Source: Candidatus Caccoplasma merdipullorum
Lineage (GTDB): Bacteria; Bacteroidota; Bacteroidia; Bacteroidales; G3-4614
DNA length: 64,000 nt
NCBI GenBank assembly: GCA_017694415.1
Contig: JADIMW010000084.1
Coordinates: 2,794 to 66,793, forward strand
Direction: 5' to 3'
How positions within the stretch are numbered: the stretch's first letter is position 1; every line of letters starts with the position of its first letter. The translations under genes were made by a program, and so were the position numbers. The notes below the pieces were generated by a model that ran no database searches, had not been told where the DNA came from, and worked only from the letters and a program-made list of their open reading frames with translations. Below, piece by piece: positions 1 to 8,125 of this stretch.

Positions 1-924
1 GGTATATCGTGGGCTTCGCTGCTGATAGATACGGCGAGCTACGACACTCCGCTTTTTTCGGGACGGAGGAAAGATAAATACAGGATACAGATTGCCGAGA
101 GGGTTTACGCAAATGCCGATGCAAAACTGCGCAGCGACCTTTTCGCTTCGGAACGGTGCAAAGATTATACTGTACGCATTACAGACAGCATATATGCCCT
201 TAACTCGATAAAGGATACTATTCTTGCCGAGATTGTAAAGATTAAGCCTAAAAGCCCGAAGAAATACAAATACAGCGATATAAACTTCCTGCTGCTGCAA
301 CGGTGCGCCGAAAGGGTGTCGGGCGTACCGCTCGACCGATATGTAGATTCGCTCTTCTATGCTCCGCTGGGAATGACGCATACGGGGTTCAGCCCTCTGT
401 CGCGTTTCTCCCGCGACGAGATTGCCCCTACCGAGGATGACGACTTTATGCGTAAGGAGCTGCTGCAGGGTTATACGCATGATGAAACGGCGTGCTTTAC
501 GGGCGGTGTAAGCGGTAATGCCGGACTGTTCGGCACGGCTACCGACCTTGCCAAACTGCTGCAAATGTTCTTGAACAATGGCTCTTACGGCGGCGAGAGG
601 TATATCGGCGAGGAATGTATAAGACAGTTTACACACGGCAAGAGCCCGAACAGCCGCAGGGGGCTGGGTTTCGACAAACCGGATACGACGGACGTGGATA
701 AAAGCCCTACTTCGGACAGAGCGCCCGGCTCGGTTTACGGCCACACGGGATATACTGGCACCGCATTCTGGGTGGACCCGGATAATGACCTGATATATAT
801 CTTTATCTCCAACAGGGTCTTCCCGCACAGGTGGAACACGAAACTGATGAAGATGAACATCCGCCCGCGAATCCAGAGCGCGATATATTCGTCGATTATA
901 AAGCCTGTTGCCGATAATAACTGA
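1..924 (+). CDS. serine hydrolase, beta-lactamase/PBP-like family (C-terminal part; 5' end outside window)
   Basis: Frame 1 is open from base 1 to the TGA at 922-924, so the listed GTG at 316 is internal. The sequence (YSDINFLLLQRCAE..., GLFGTATDLAKLL, YGHTGYTGTAFWVDP) resembles the C-terminal half of class-C beta-lactamase-like serine hydrolases. Confidence 0.7.
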   Translation, partial: GISWASLLIDTASYDTPLFSGRRKDKYRIQIAERVYANADAKLRSDLFASERCKDYTVRITDSIYALNSIKDTILAEIVKIKPKSPKKYKYSDINFLLLQRCAERVSGVPLDRYVDSLFYAPLGMTHTGFSPLSRFSRDEIAPTEDDDFMRKELLQGYTHDETACFTGGVSGNAGLFGTATDLAKLLQMFLNNGSYGGERYIGEECIRQFTHGKSPNSRRGLGFDKPDTTDVDKSPTSDRAPGSVYGHTGYTGTAFWVDPDNDLIYIFISNRVFPHRWNTKLMKMNIRPRIQSAIYSSIIKPVADNN

Positions 925-972
925 ATTAATGTTGCCGTTCCTTTTTAACCGTATTTTTAAAGCGTAACACAA

Positions 973-2205
973 ATGGTTCTTAATTATATCTGGTTGGGAT
1001 TCTTTTTCGTAGCTTTTATCGTTGCCGTAATTGAAACTGTTACGGGGGGGAATTTGTCTATCTGGTCGGATATAATGAATTCTTCGTTTGCTTCGGCTAA
1101 AACGGCTTTTGAAATTTCACTCGGACTGACAGGGGTTCTTTCTCTCTGGCTCGGCTTGATGAAAATAGGGGAACGCGGAGGGGTTATCTCTATCTTCGCG
1201 CGACTTACTTCGCCGTTCTTTTCGAGGCTGTTCCCCGATATTCCTAAGAACAGCCCGGTATTCGGTTCTATCTTCATGAACTTTTCGGCCAACATGCTTG
1301 GACTTGATAATGCGGCTACTCCGCTCGGCCTTAAGGCAATGCGCGAAATGCAGGAGATAAATACCGATAAAGAGACCGCAAGCAACCCGATGATAATGTT
1401 CCTCGTACTTAATACCACGGGACTTACCCTCGTACCTATAAGCGTAATGGTTTACAGGGCTCAAATGGGTGCGGCAAACCCGTCGGACATATTCCTGCCC
1501 ATTTTGATTGCCACGTATGTTTCTACTTTGGTTGGTTTGATAATTACCTGCATCAAACAACGGATTAATCTTTTCGACAGGGTGATAATTTCCGTTCTCG
1601 TCGCAATGACCGCCATAATAGGAGGGATATTGTATTTCTTCTCGGGGCTCCCGCAGGAAAAAATATCGCTCTACTCCACCGTTACCGCAAACTCGCTGCT
1701 GTTCTGCATAATAATAGGATTTCTCGTTGCAGGTGTCCGCAGCAGGATAAATGTTTACGATGCTTTTATCGACGGCGCGAAAGAGGGGTTCAAAACCGCC
1801 GTAACGATAATCCCATACCTTGTTGCAATGCTCGTGGCTATTGCAGTGTTCAGAGCATCGGGGGCAATGGATTTCCTTATTTCCGGCATATCGCGCATAG
1901 TTGAGGCTTGCGGTGCCGATACCGATTTTGTCGGCGCACTCCCCACGGCTCTTATGAAGCCTCTAAGCGGCAGCGGGGCACGTGGCATGATGGTTGATGC
2001 CATGGCTACTTACGGGCCCGACTCGTTTGTTGCCCGCGTTGCTTCAACTATTCAGGGGGCGACAGATACCACGCTCTACATTATCGCGGTCTATTTCGGC
2101 AGCGTGGGGATAAAAAAGACGCGCTACGCCGCGGGATACGGCCTGCTGGCAGACCTCGCCGGAATCATCGCCGCAATCTTCGTCGCTTACATATTTTTCA
2201 AATAA
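973..2205 (+). CDS. nucleoside-recognition (Gate) domain membrane protein, SpmA/SpmB-like fusion
   Basis: 410-aa polytopic membrane protein with an ATG start. The N-terminal half (NMLGLDNAATPLGLKAM) and the C-terminal half (ALMKPLSGSGARG) resemble spore-maturation SpmA and SpmB / FeoB-gate domains. Confidence 0.65.
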   Translation: MVLNYIWLGFFFVAFIVAVIETVTGGNLSIWSDIMNSSFASAKTAFEISLGLTGVLSLWLGLMKIGERGGVISIFARLTSPFFSRLFPDIPKNSPVFGSIFMNFSANMLGLDNAATPLGLKAMREMQEINTDKETASNPMIMFLVLNTTGLTLVPISVMVYRAQMGAANPSDIFLPILIATYVSTLVGLIITCIKQRINLFDRVIISVLVAMTAIIGGILYFFSGLPQEKISLYSTVTANSLLFCIIIGFLVAGVRSRINVYDAFIDGAKEGFKTAVTIIPYLVAMLVAIAVFRASGAMDFLISGISRIVEACGADTDFVGALPTALMKPLSGSGARGMMVDAMATYGPDSFVARVASTIQGATDTTLYIIAVYFGSVGIKKTRYAAGYGLLADLAGIIAAIFVAYIFFK

Positions 2206-2885
2206 CCTGTACGTATTTTCAGGGAGGGACGGTTTCTTTATCAGGCGCACCGCTGCCGTTTGTCGTGAGCGGTTTGCAGCCTCCGGCTTCATGATATTTC
2301 GAGGGCTGCATCCGCAACAATACTCTTTTAAAGATTCGATGACGGCTTCTGTTTTCGGGGAGGTATGCGCAATTTCTTATGCTGTTTGTGTCGTCATTTT
2401 TGGATTGCCCATGAATCCACGTCCTCGTGTACCTTTGCGAAACCGGAACTGCCGTACTAACAAATAGCGCATGTTGTCCGACAGGACACAACTTCATGAA
2501 TATTTCCGCGCATTCCCGATATCGGCTTGCATCTCTCCTTGCATTTCCCAAACAGGGAAACGTGTATGTTCTGCACAAGTTTATCACTGCCGCATGATGT
2601 CAGTACTGCGCATATAACGTGAGTTGGCAAATGCGGAAGCTGCCTGCCCGTGAGTTGGCGTACGCTATGTTTCACGTTGGCGGGCTTTTTTGAAGTGGTT
2701 ATCCTGCATCTATGCTACCGACATGTTCTATGCTTCAGACGTTGTTTTAAAGTGTGATTACCCGGGAATATTATTTCCAATGGAACTGTGCATGAGAACT
2801 GCGTTTTAGCATATCCGACAGGGGTGGTGGAGATAGGGGTGTAAGGGCGGGAATATATTTGGGAATAAAAAAGTGGCATAAAAAA

Positions 2886-2917
2886 GACTCCGAAAGGGGA
2901 GAATCCCTTCCGGAGTC
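2886..2917 (-). terminator. rho-independent terminator of the GH85 gene
   Basis: gactccgaaaggg...cccttccggagtc forms a 13-bp stem with one mismatch. On the minus strand it is followed by a T-run (plus-strand A-run 2880-2885). It lies 24 nt after the stop at 2941. Confidence 0.6.
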
Positions 2918-2940
2918 CGGTTACAGTATGTAAATCAGTC

Positions 2941-5900
2941 TTATTTCTTGATTACTTTCATCGCCTTGAGCAGTGTGTCGCCGGAATAAACCTTCATGTA
3001 GTAGATTCCTGATGCTCCGGTTACAGGTATGTTTATCATTTCTCCTGCACTTGCATCTACCTGACTGCTGCCCATCTGACGACCGCTTGCGTCATATACT
3101 GCTATCGTGTAAACGCCTTCTTCTGCAAAACGTACATATACTTCATCTACGAACGGGTTCGGGAATGCCTGCATTTCTGCAACCGATACCTCTTCTATTC
3201 CTGATGATGCCGATACGTTTACGTATGAGAACTCTTTTGTTGCGCTACCCCAACCGTTCTCGAGCTTGAGGACTGCAGTATATTGACCTTCGCTTGCATA
3301 CGATACGGTTGCTTCGCCTGCTGCGCAGTCGCCTGACGTGGATTGTACGCTTGCGCCTTTCAATGTCCATGTCGGAACGGTCTTTATCTCGTATATATCA
3401 CCGGAGATAAACGGAGCACCTGTCGTAAATGCGAACTCTTTGGGTACGTAAGTTATTTCATTCTCTTCCAAAGAGACTATTTCGTACATCGCTGCAACAT
3501 AGTTCTTGTTGGTTCCAACGCTCTTCAGAGTGTTGTCGGCTTCGGGATCGGTCTCGAAATCCCAGTAACCTATAAGCGATGACGGGAGTTCTGCCTGCGT
3601 GAAGTGGTTCATGGATGCCTGAATCTCTTCGGGTGTCAGAGCCTTGTTGTAAAGCTGGAACTCATCGACGTTGGCATCGAGAGCAGAACGGTTTGCTGCT
3701 GTACCGCCGAGGAAGATGTAATAAGAGTCTTTCCATGTGTAAGGTGTGGGGTTGGAAAGGCGTCCCAACTCTTTACCGTTGATATAAACTGCTGCTTCGC
3801 GCTTGTCGGTGTAATCGAATACCCATGCCATGTGATACCATGTTCCTGTGGTAAACTCGAAATCTTCTGTTAATTCATTACCCGGTTGCGATGTATTCAC
3901 CTCTGAAGAACCTGATATACGGAGAGCTACCTTGATGTGGTTGTCGGGCAATATGTCGCACCAGAGGTAACCCCAGTTGTTCATAGGCCATCCGTCGGCT
4001 GCCGAACGTATCGAAAGCATTGTGGTTCCTTCTTGAGACGGGTTGAGGCTGTTGATATTGAACCAGTATGTCATCGTGAATGCCTGAGTACCGGCCGAAG
4101 ACCATCCGAACTGCGATACGGGGAATCCGAATCCGTTGGTCGTCATCTGGATACCGCGCGATACCATACCGTCGGCATCGGGACGTCCTACGTATGCAAA
4201 CTCTACATTGTCGCCGGTTTCAACATCGATGGGATCTTCGCTGTTGTTTGCCGTAAGAGAATTGATTAAAGGCATTGCACCTACAGCTGCCGGAGATATC
4301 TGGATATAACCGCGATAAATTTCGGTATTACCTTTTATTGTAACATGGAGGTCGTACAATCCTTCTTCAGCAAGTCGCGTCGTAAAGTTGTTGGCTACTA
4401 CACTGTACATCGATTGTCCGGTACTTGCGGATTTTATTTCCCATGATGCAGCATCGTGATTCGGATCGTCGAATCCGATTGTAAACTCTTCGTTAGCCTT
4501 GATTACCGGCTTGTCTATCGAGAAGCCTTCAACAATCGAAATTTCCGGTACGCTCTGGTATTCACCCCAGCTTATCTCGGATTCATTCTTTCCGTCCAGA
4601 CTTACGGCCGATACACCTATTCTTATCTTGCCACCCAAGTCTGCATCATACGGTGCACCTACTACGTATGCAGCCCACGATGTGGTTGCTGTACACATTA
4701 CAGGCTCTGCGTCTTCCTGCTGGGTATATACTTTGAAGTACCATGTATTTACATCTGCATTGTAAACCGGATCGGTTTTTTCGGATGCCATGTCGAAGAT
4801 AACTTTCAAATCGACACCTTTATAGTTGCTTCCCAATGACTTGGATGATGTTATAACGGGAGCTGACGGTGTAACCGATGTTCCGCGGGTAAGAGAAATC
4901 TCACCTATCAAAACCTTGAAGTCGGAAGAGGTGTTGGTAAATTTCAAACCTATCAAAGCCAATGTTGCTCCGTCTATTGCTATACCCTGTCGTCCTCCTA
5001 CGGGAGTCTCAACCAACTGCCAGTCGTCGGTTACGGCTGCGTTGGATACTATTGAACGGGATATTTCCTTGCTTCCTGTTGAACCGAGTCTCTCTTCGGT
5101 TGTGCATGCCCATGCCATTGTTCCGCTACCGGAAACGACTTTGTAACGTATTGTAAGTTTATCGTTGGATGCTGTGGCATATTTGGTCTTGAAGAGTTGC
5201 AGATATGCTGCATCGGTCTGACCTGAAATCTGGAGACACGACCCGCCGAACCATGCATCATCCCATGTAAATTCTGCGGTCAAATCTTCCGATACGCTCG
5301 AAGCGTCTTTGCCCATGAAGCTCTTCGTCCACCACCAACGCCATGTAGGCAGGTAGTCCTGAATACCGATATTGTACCATTCGTTGTTGAAGGTTGTCTT
5401 GCCTCCTACATTGAAGAACTGTCCGTTTCCGAGGTTGAAATAGGTTACGAACGGGTCATTCGCCAAATCGTCGCAGGTCAGAGAACTGCGGGCTACTATA
5501 AAGCTCGAGAAGCCGTGGAAATTGGTGGCTTTCGACGAGTGGAGCAGGTTGTTGCTTATTGCGGGAGCGTTTACGGGGTTATACGATGAACCGGTAAACG
5601 AGTTCTCGCTTATCAACTGATATGTTTTCTGCTGCTGCATCGGTGCTGAACCGTTCTCGCCTTTGTTCTCGTATATCATGTTCATATTGTGAGCACCCCA
5701 CAAACCTACCGATATGTCGTAGTTGTTCAATGCTGTCCAGGGAACTGTTCCTCCTGCCTGATAGTTCATACCGGCATATACGTCGAATGATGAACGTCCC
5801 GCGAATCCGTTGGCTACGTTCTGCGATGATGACAGAAGCGATGCTCCCCAGTTGTAGTTGAGGAAGTATGCCGATGATACTGTCTTACCGTTGTAGTGGA

Positions 5901-6684
5901 ACCAGTCGGCGCAATTCGTGCCAAGATAACTGAAGTCGCCTATGTCTCCGCTGTTGGTAGTAAACGAATACCATGCATTGTGGAACAAAGGTACGCCGTA
6001 TGCGTCGGCATTGGCGTAGCAGTCGCCCATAAGGTTCTTGAAGTTGTTCATGTAGCTACCCATGCCCGACCAATAGAACTCGGAGTTCCAGCCTATTCCG
6101 TCTATACCGTAATAGTTCAGATATTTGAGGAACTTGTCGTAACCGCCATCGACCAAAGCCTGAATCATTGAACCGTTTCCGCCATCACCCGTAGAAGGTC
6201 TTGAAGCCCATGCTATTGCTGCTACCGGACTGGCTGCGACACCGTTCTTGTGGCAAATGTCGAGGAAAGCACCCGGAACCTGTACCATGGGAGCCGTCCA
6301 GTTTCCGTAAATATCCACGTAACTCCACATCGAGAAGACCTCGCTGTTGAAGAAGTACGACGGAACGGCATTCCATGACGATACGCCGATAGGACACCAC
6401 CACAACAGTTTTCTTGCCGGGTTAAGGGTTTCTTTTACCTGAGTATTGGTATAAACGAACCTGTCGCGGGGTTTTACACGCGAGATGAAGAAATTTTCAT
6501 TCTCTGCATCTTCGGTACCATTATAAAGCGGAGTACCGGCCTGCCATGAATTGTATGCCTGATACCACGCCTTAGAATCAGAACCCAACTCTACGTAATT
6601 CGTATGCGTCGGTTCTGTCTGAGCGAATGCATTCGCACAGCTTAGCAATGCAAATGCGGCAAAAAGAGATAAAACTTTTTTCAT
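2941..6684 (-). CDS. secreted endo-beta-N-acetylglucosaminidase (GH85-like) with LamG/concanavalin-like domain and T9SS C-terminal sorting domain
   Basis: Signal peptide MKKVLSLFAAFALLSCANAFA|Q. The start is set at the second ATG (6684) because the listed TTG at 6711 overlaps the -7 box. Shows a GH85-like DICHKNGV and the N-x-E catalytic motif (IDGIGWNSEF). Has a LamG-like block (WYHMAWVFDY...VDEFQLYNKALTPEEI). The C-terminal ~80 aa (FPNPFVDEVYVRF...GIYYMKVYSGDTLLKAMKVIKK) is typical of a Por/T9SS CTD. Confidence 0.75.
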   Translation of the reverse strand: MKKVLSLFAAFALLSCANAFAQTEPTHTNYVELGSDSKAWYQAYNSWQAGTPLYNGTEDAENENFFISRVKPRDRFVYTNTQVKETLNPARKLLWWCPIGVSSWNAVPSYFFNSEVFSMWSYVDIYGNWTAPMVQVPGAFLDICHKNGVAASPVAAIAWASRPSTGDGGNGSMIQALVDGGYDKFLKYLNYYGIDGIGWNSEFYWSGMGSYMNNFKNLMGDCYANADAYGVPLFHNAWYSFTTNSGDIGDFSYLGTNCADWFHYNGKTVSSAYFLNYNWGASLLSSSQNVANGFAGRSSFDVYAGMNYQAGGTVPWTALNNYDISVGLWGAHNMNMIYENKGENGSAPMQQQKTYQLISENSFTGSSYNPVNAPAISNNLLHSSKATNFHGFSSFIVARSSLTCDDLANDPFVTYFNLGNGQFFNVGGKTTFNNEWYNIGIQDYLPTWRWWWTKSFMGKDASSVSEDLTAEFTWDDAWFGGSCLQISGQTDAAYLQLFKTKYATASNDKLTIRYKVVSGSGTMAWACTTEERLGSTGSKEISRSIVSNAAVTDDWQLVETPVGGRQGIAIDGATLALIGLKFTNTSSDFKVLIGEISLTRGTSVTPSAPVITSSKSLGSNYKGVDLKVIFDMASEKTDPVYNADVNTWYFKVYTQQEDAEPVMCTATTSWAAYVVGAPYDADLGGKIRIGVSAVSLDGKNESEISWGEYQSVPEISIVEGFSIDKPVIKANEEFTIGFDDPNHDAASWEIKSASTGQSMYSVVANNFTTRLAEEGLYDLHVTIKGNTEIYRGYIQISPAAVGAMPLINSLTANNSEDPIDVETGDNVEFAYVGRPDADGMVSRGIQMTTNGFGFPVSQFGWSSAGTQAFTMTYWFNINSLNPSQEGTTMLSIRSAADGWPMNNWGYLWCDILPDNHIKVALRISGSSEVNTSQPGNELTEDFEFTTGTWYHMAWVFDYTDKREAAVYINGKELGRLSNPTPYTWKDSYYIFLGGTAANRSALDANVDEFQLYNKALTPEEIQASMNHFTQAELPSSLIGYWDFETDPEADNTLKSVGTNKNYVAAMYEIVSLEENEITYVPKEFAFTTGAPFISGDIYEIKTVPTWTLKGASVQSTSGDCAAGEATVSYASEGQYTAVLKLENGWGSATKEFSYVNVSASSGIEEVSVAEMQAFPNPFVDEVYVRFAEEGVYTIAVYDASGRQMGSSQVDASAGEMINIPVTGASGIYYMKVYSGDTLLKAMKVIKK

Positions 6685-6708
6685 ACTGTTATTTGTTTTT
6701 GATTTTTT

Positions 6709-6716
6709 CAAAGTTA
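6709..6716 (-). promoter_or_regulatory. Bacteroidota -7 promoter box TAACTTTG for the GH85 gene
   Basis: The reverse complement of caaagtta matches TAnnTTTG, 25 nt upstream of the ATG at 6684. Confidence 0.4.
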
Positions 6717-7040
6717 TAACACGCGGTAATCATGGGCAAATATTTTAACACCATAAATAAAATTTTAACTATTACACACAAACAAACACGGAAAGCCTCC
6801 TTTGCATGCGAAACATGTATAATTGTACAAAATTACGGGTGTCATGAATATTTTTATATAACACCTTATAAGTACCTTTGTTCTCGAAAGTTATGCAAGG
6901 TATCTGTTTTTCTTATATCTGCATGTATTGCTTAAGATAAAATAACATTTTTTATACACATATGGTTCATCTTTCTTGCCGTTTTAGTTGTTTTATCTCT
7001 TTGGTAAAGACTTGCAAATAGTTTTGTCGAGAGTTTTTAG

Positions 7041-7048
7041 TAAGTTTG
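7041..7048 (+). promoter_or_regulatory. -7 promoter box TAAGTTTG
   Basis: Matches TAnnTTTG, 26 nt upstream of the ATG at 7074. Confidence 0.4.
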
Positions 7049-7073
7049 CACCGGTATAAATTCTAATCTTGTA

Positions 7074-7391
7074 ATGTCTGGCTTGTTCGGGAAATCGACT
7101 CTATGCAACTTCAGGAAATGGTGGCTGGTGTATGCCGTAATACTGTTTCTTGTTTACATGGCGTTCTTCGACAAGAACAACTTTATTGCAAGGGTTAAAT
7201 ACCAAAACGAAATAGATTTTCTGAAGGAACAGAAAAAGACGTACATCGAGCGAATAAACAGAGACAGTCTGATAATTGAAAGCATGAAACACGATGTTCG
7301 GGAGATTGAAAAGACTGCAAGGGAAAAATACGGCATGAAATCGCCGAACGAAGACATATATATTATAATTAAGGAGAATGACGGAAAATAG
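7074..7391 (+). CDS. septum formation initiator family protein (FtsB/DivIC-like)
   Basis: 105 aa with one N-terminal TM helix followed by a coiled coil, ending ...AREKYGMKSPNEDIYII, which is typical of DivIC/FtsB-family proteins. Confidence 0.7.
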   Translation: MSGLFGKSTLCNFRKWWLVYAVILFLVYMAFFDKNNFIARVKYQNEIDFLKEQKKTYIERINRDSLIIESMKHDVREIEKTAREKYGMKSPNEDIYIIIKENDGK

Positions 7392-7749
7392 CAGAGGTCT
7401 GATGACTTTTATCGCCGCAATAGTTATTCTTGCGGCAACGGTTTTGTTTATGTTTTACAAGGAGGTTTCTCCGTGGATGCTGGGCGCCGGCGGAATATTG
7501 CTGATGATAGCAAGAATGACCCGCCGCCTGGATGAAATGCCGTTGAGACTGAAACGGGCTCTGCGGCTCGAACTTTTTTCGGCTTTGCTGATAACGGCCG
7601 CCGCCGTATTCATGTATTTAGGTATGCGCGAATGGGTTGCTCTTTTGCTGTCGGCTGCCATCCTTCAGCTTTACGCTTCTTTCATTATCGGCAAAGAGTT
7701 AAAGAAGAATGCCAAAGGGGAAGCGGAGAAAGGGAAACAGAACAAGTAA
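7378..7749 (+). CDS. hypothetical membrane protein (about 4 TM segments)
   Basis: ATG preceded by aaggag. Overlaps the preceding gene by 14 nt. Hydrophobic segments with a Lys-rich tail. No family recognised. Confidence 0.55.
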   Translation: MTENSRGLMTFIAAIVILAATVLFMFYKEVSPWMLGAGGILLMIARMTRRLDEMPLRLKRALRLELFSALLITAAAVFMYLGMREWVALLLSAAILQLYASFIIGKELKKNAKGEAEKGKQNK

Positions 7750-7790
7750 ACGCACATTCCCTGCATAACGGGTGGATTTAAGGAATGACT

Positions 7791-7827
7791 GACGCCCCGA
7801 AGGTCGCACTGCGATTTTCGGGGCGTC
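7791..7827. terminator. hairpin between convergent genes (bidirectional terminator candidate)
   Basis: gacgccccgaa...ttcggggcgtc forms a perfect 11-bp stem between the 3' ends of the 7378-7749 gene and polA. Confidence 0.6.
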
Positions 7828-8125
7828 GTCGCATTCGGATTTTCGCTCGGTACTGTTACTGTACGGAAGTGAGGAGAGGGTGTATGACCGTTATCTCTTC
7901 TCGGCTTTTTATCACGATGTGGTGTTATATGTCGTAACCGGAATGTTGCCGGCAAAAACGACACATGGATTATCCGCCAATCTGCACGACGGACGGCACG
8001 CCTGCCGCAGGCAGCGCATCGGTTGCGGGGATGGGCGTTCGTTGTCCGTACAAACAGGGCGTGTCTGCGGTTTTTACCTGTTTTGCGCGGCGGATGCGCG
8101 CCACTGCTGTACGCTTAAGGCGTGG

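Noticed and set aside
2219-2675. Minus-strand ORFs of 122 aa (2219-2587) and 72 aa (2457-2675) in the spacer after the SpmA/B-like gene.
   Set aside because: Cys/Arg/His-rich composition, mutually overlapping frames, and no promoter or recognisable motif.
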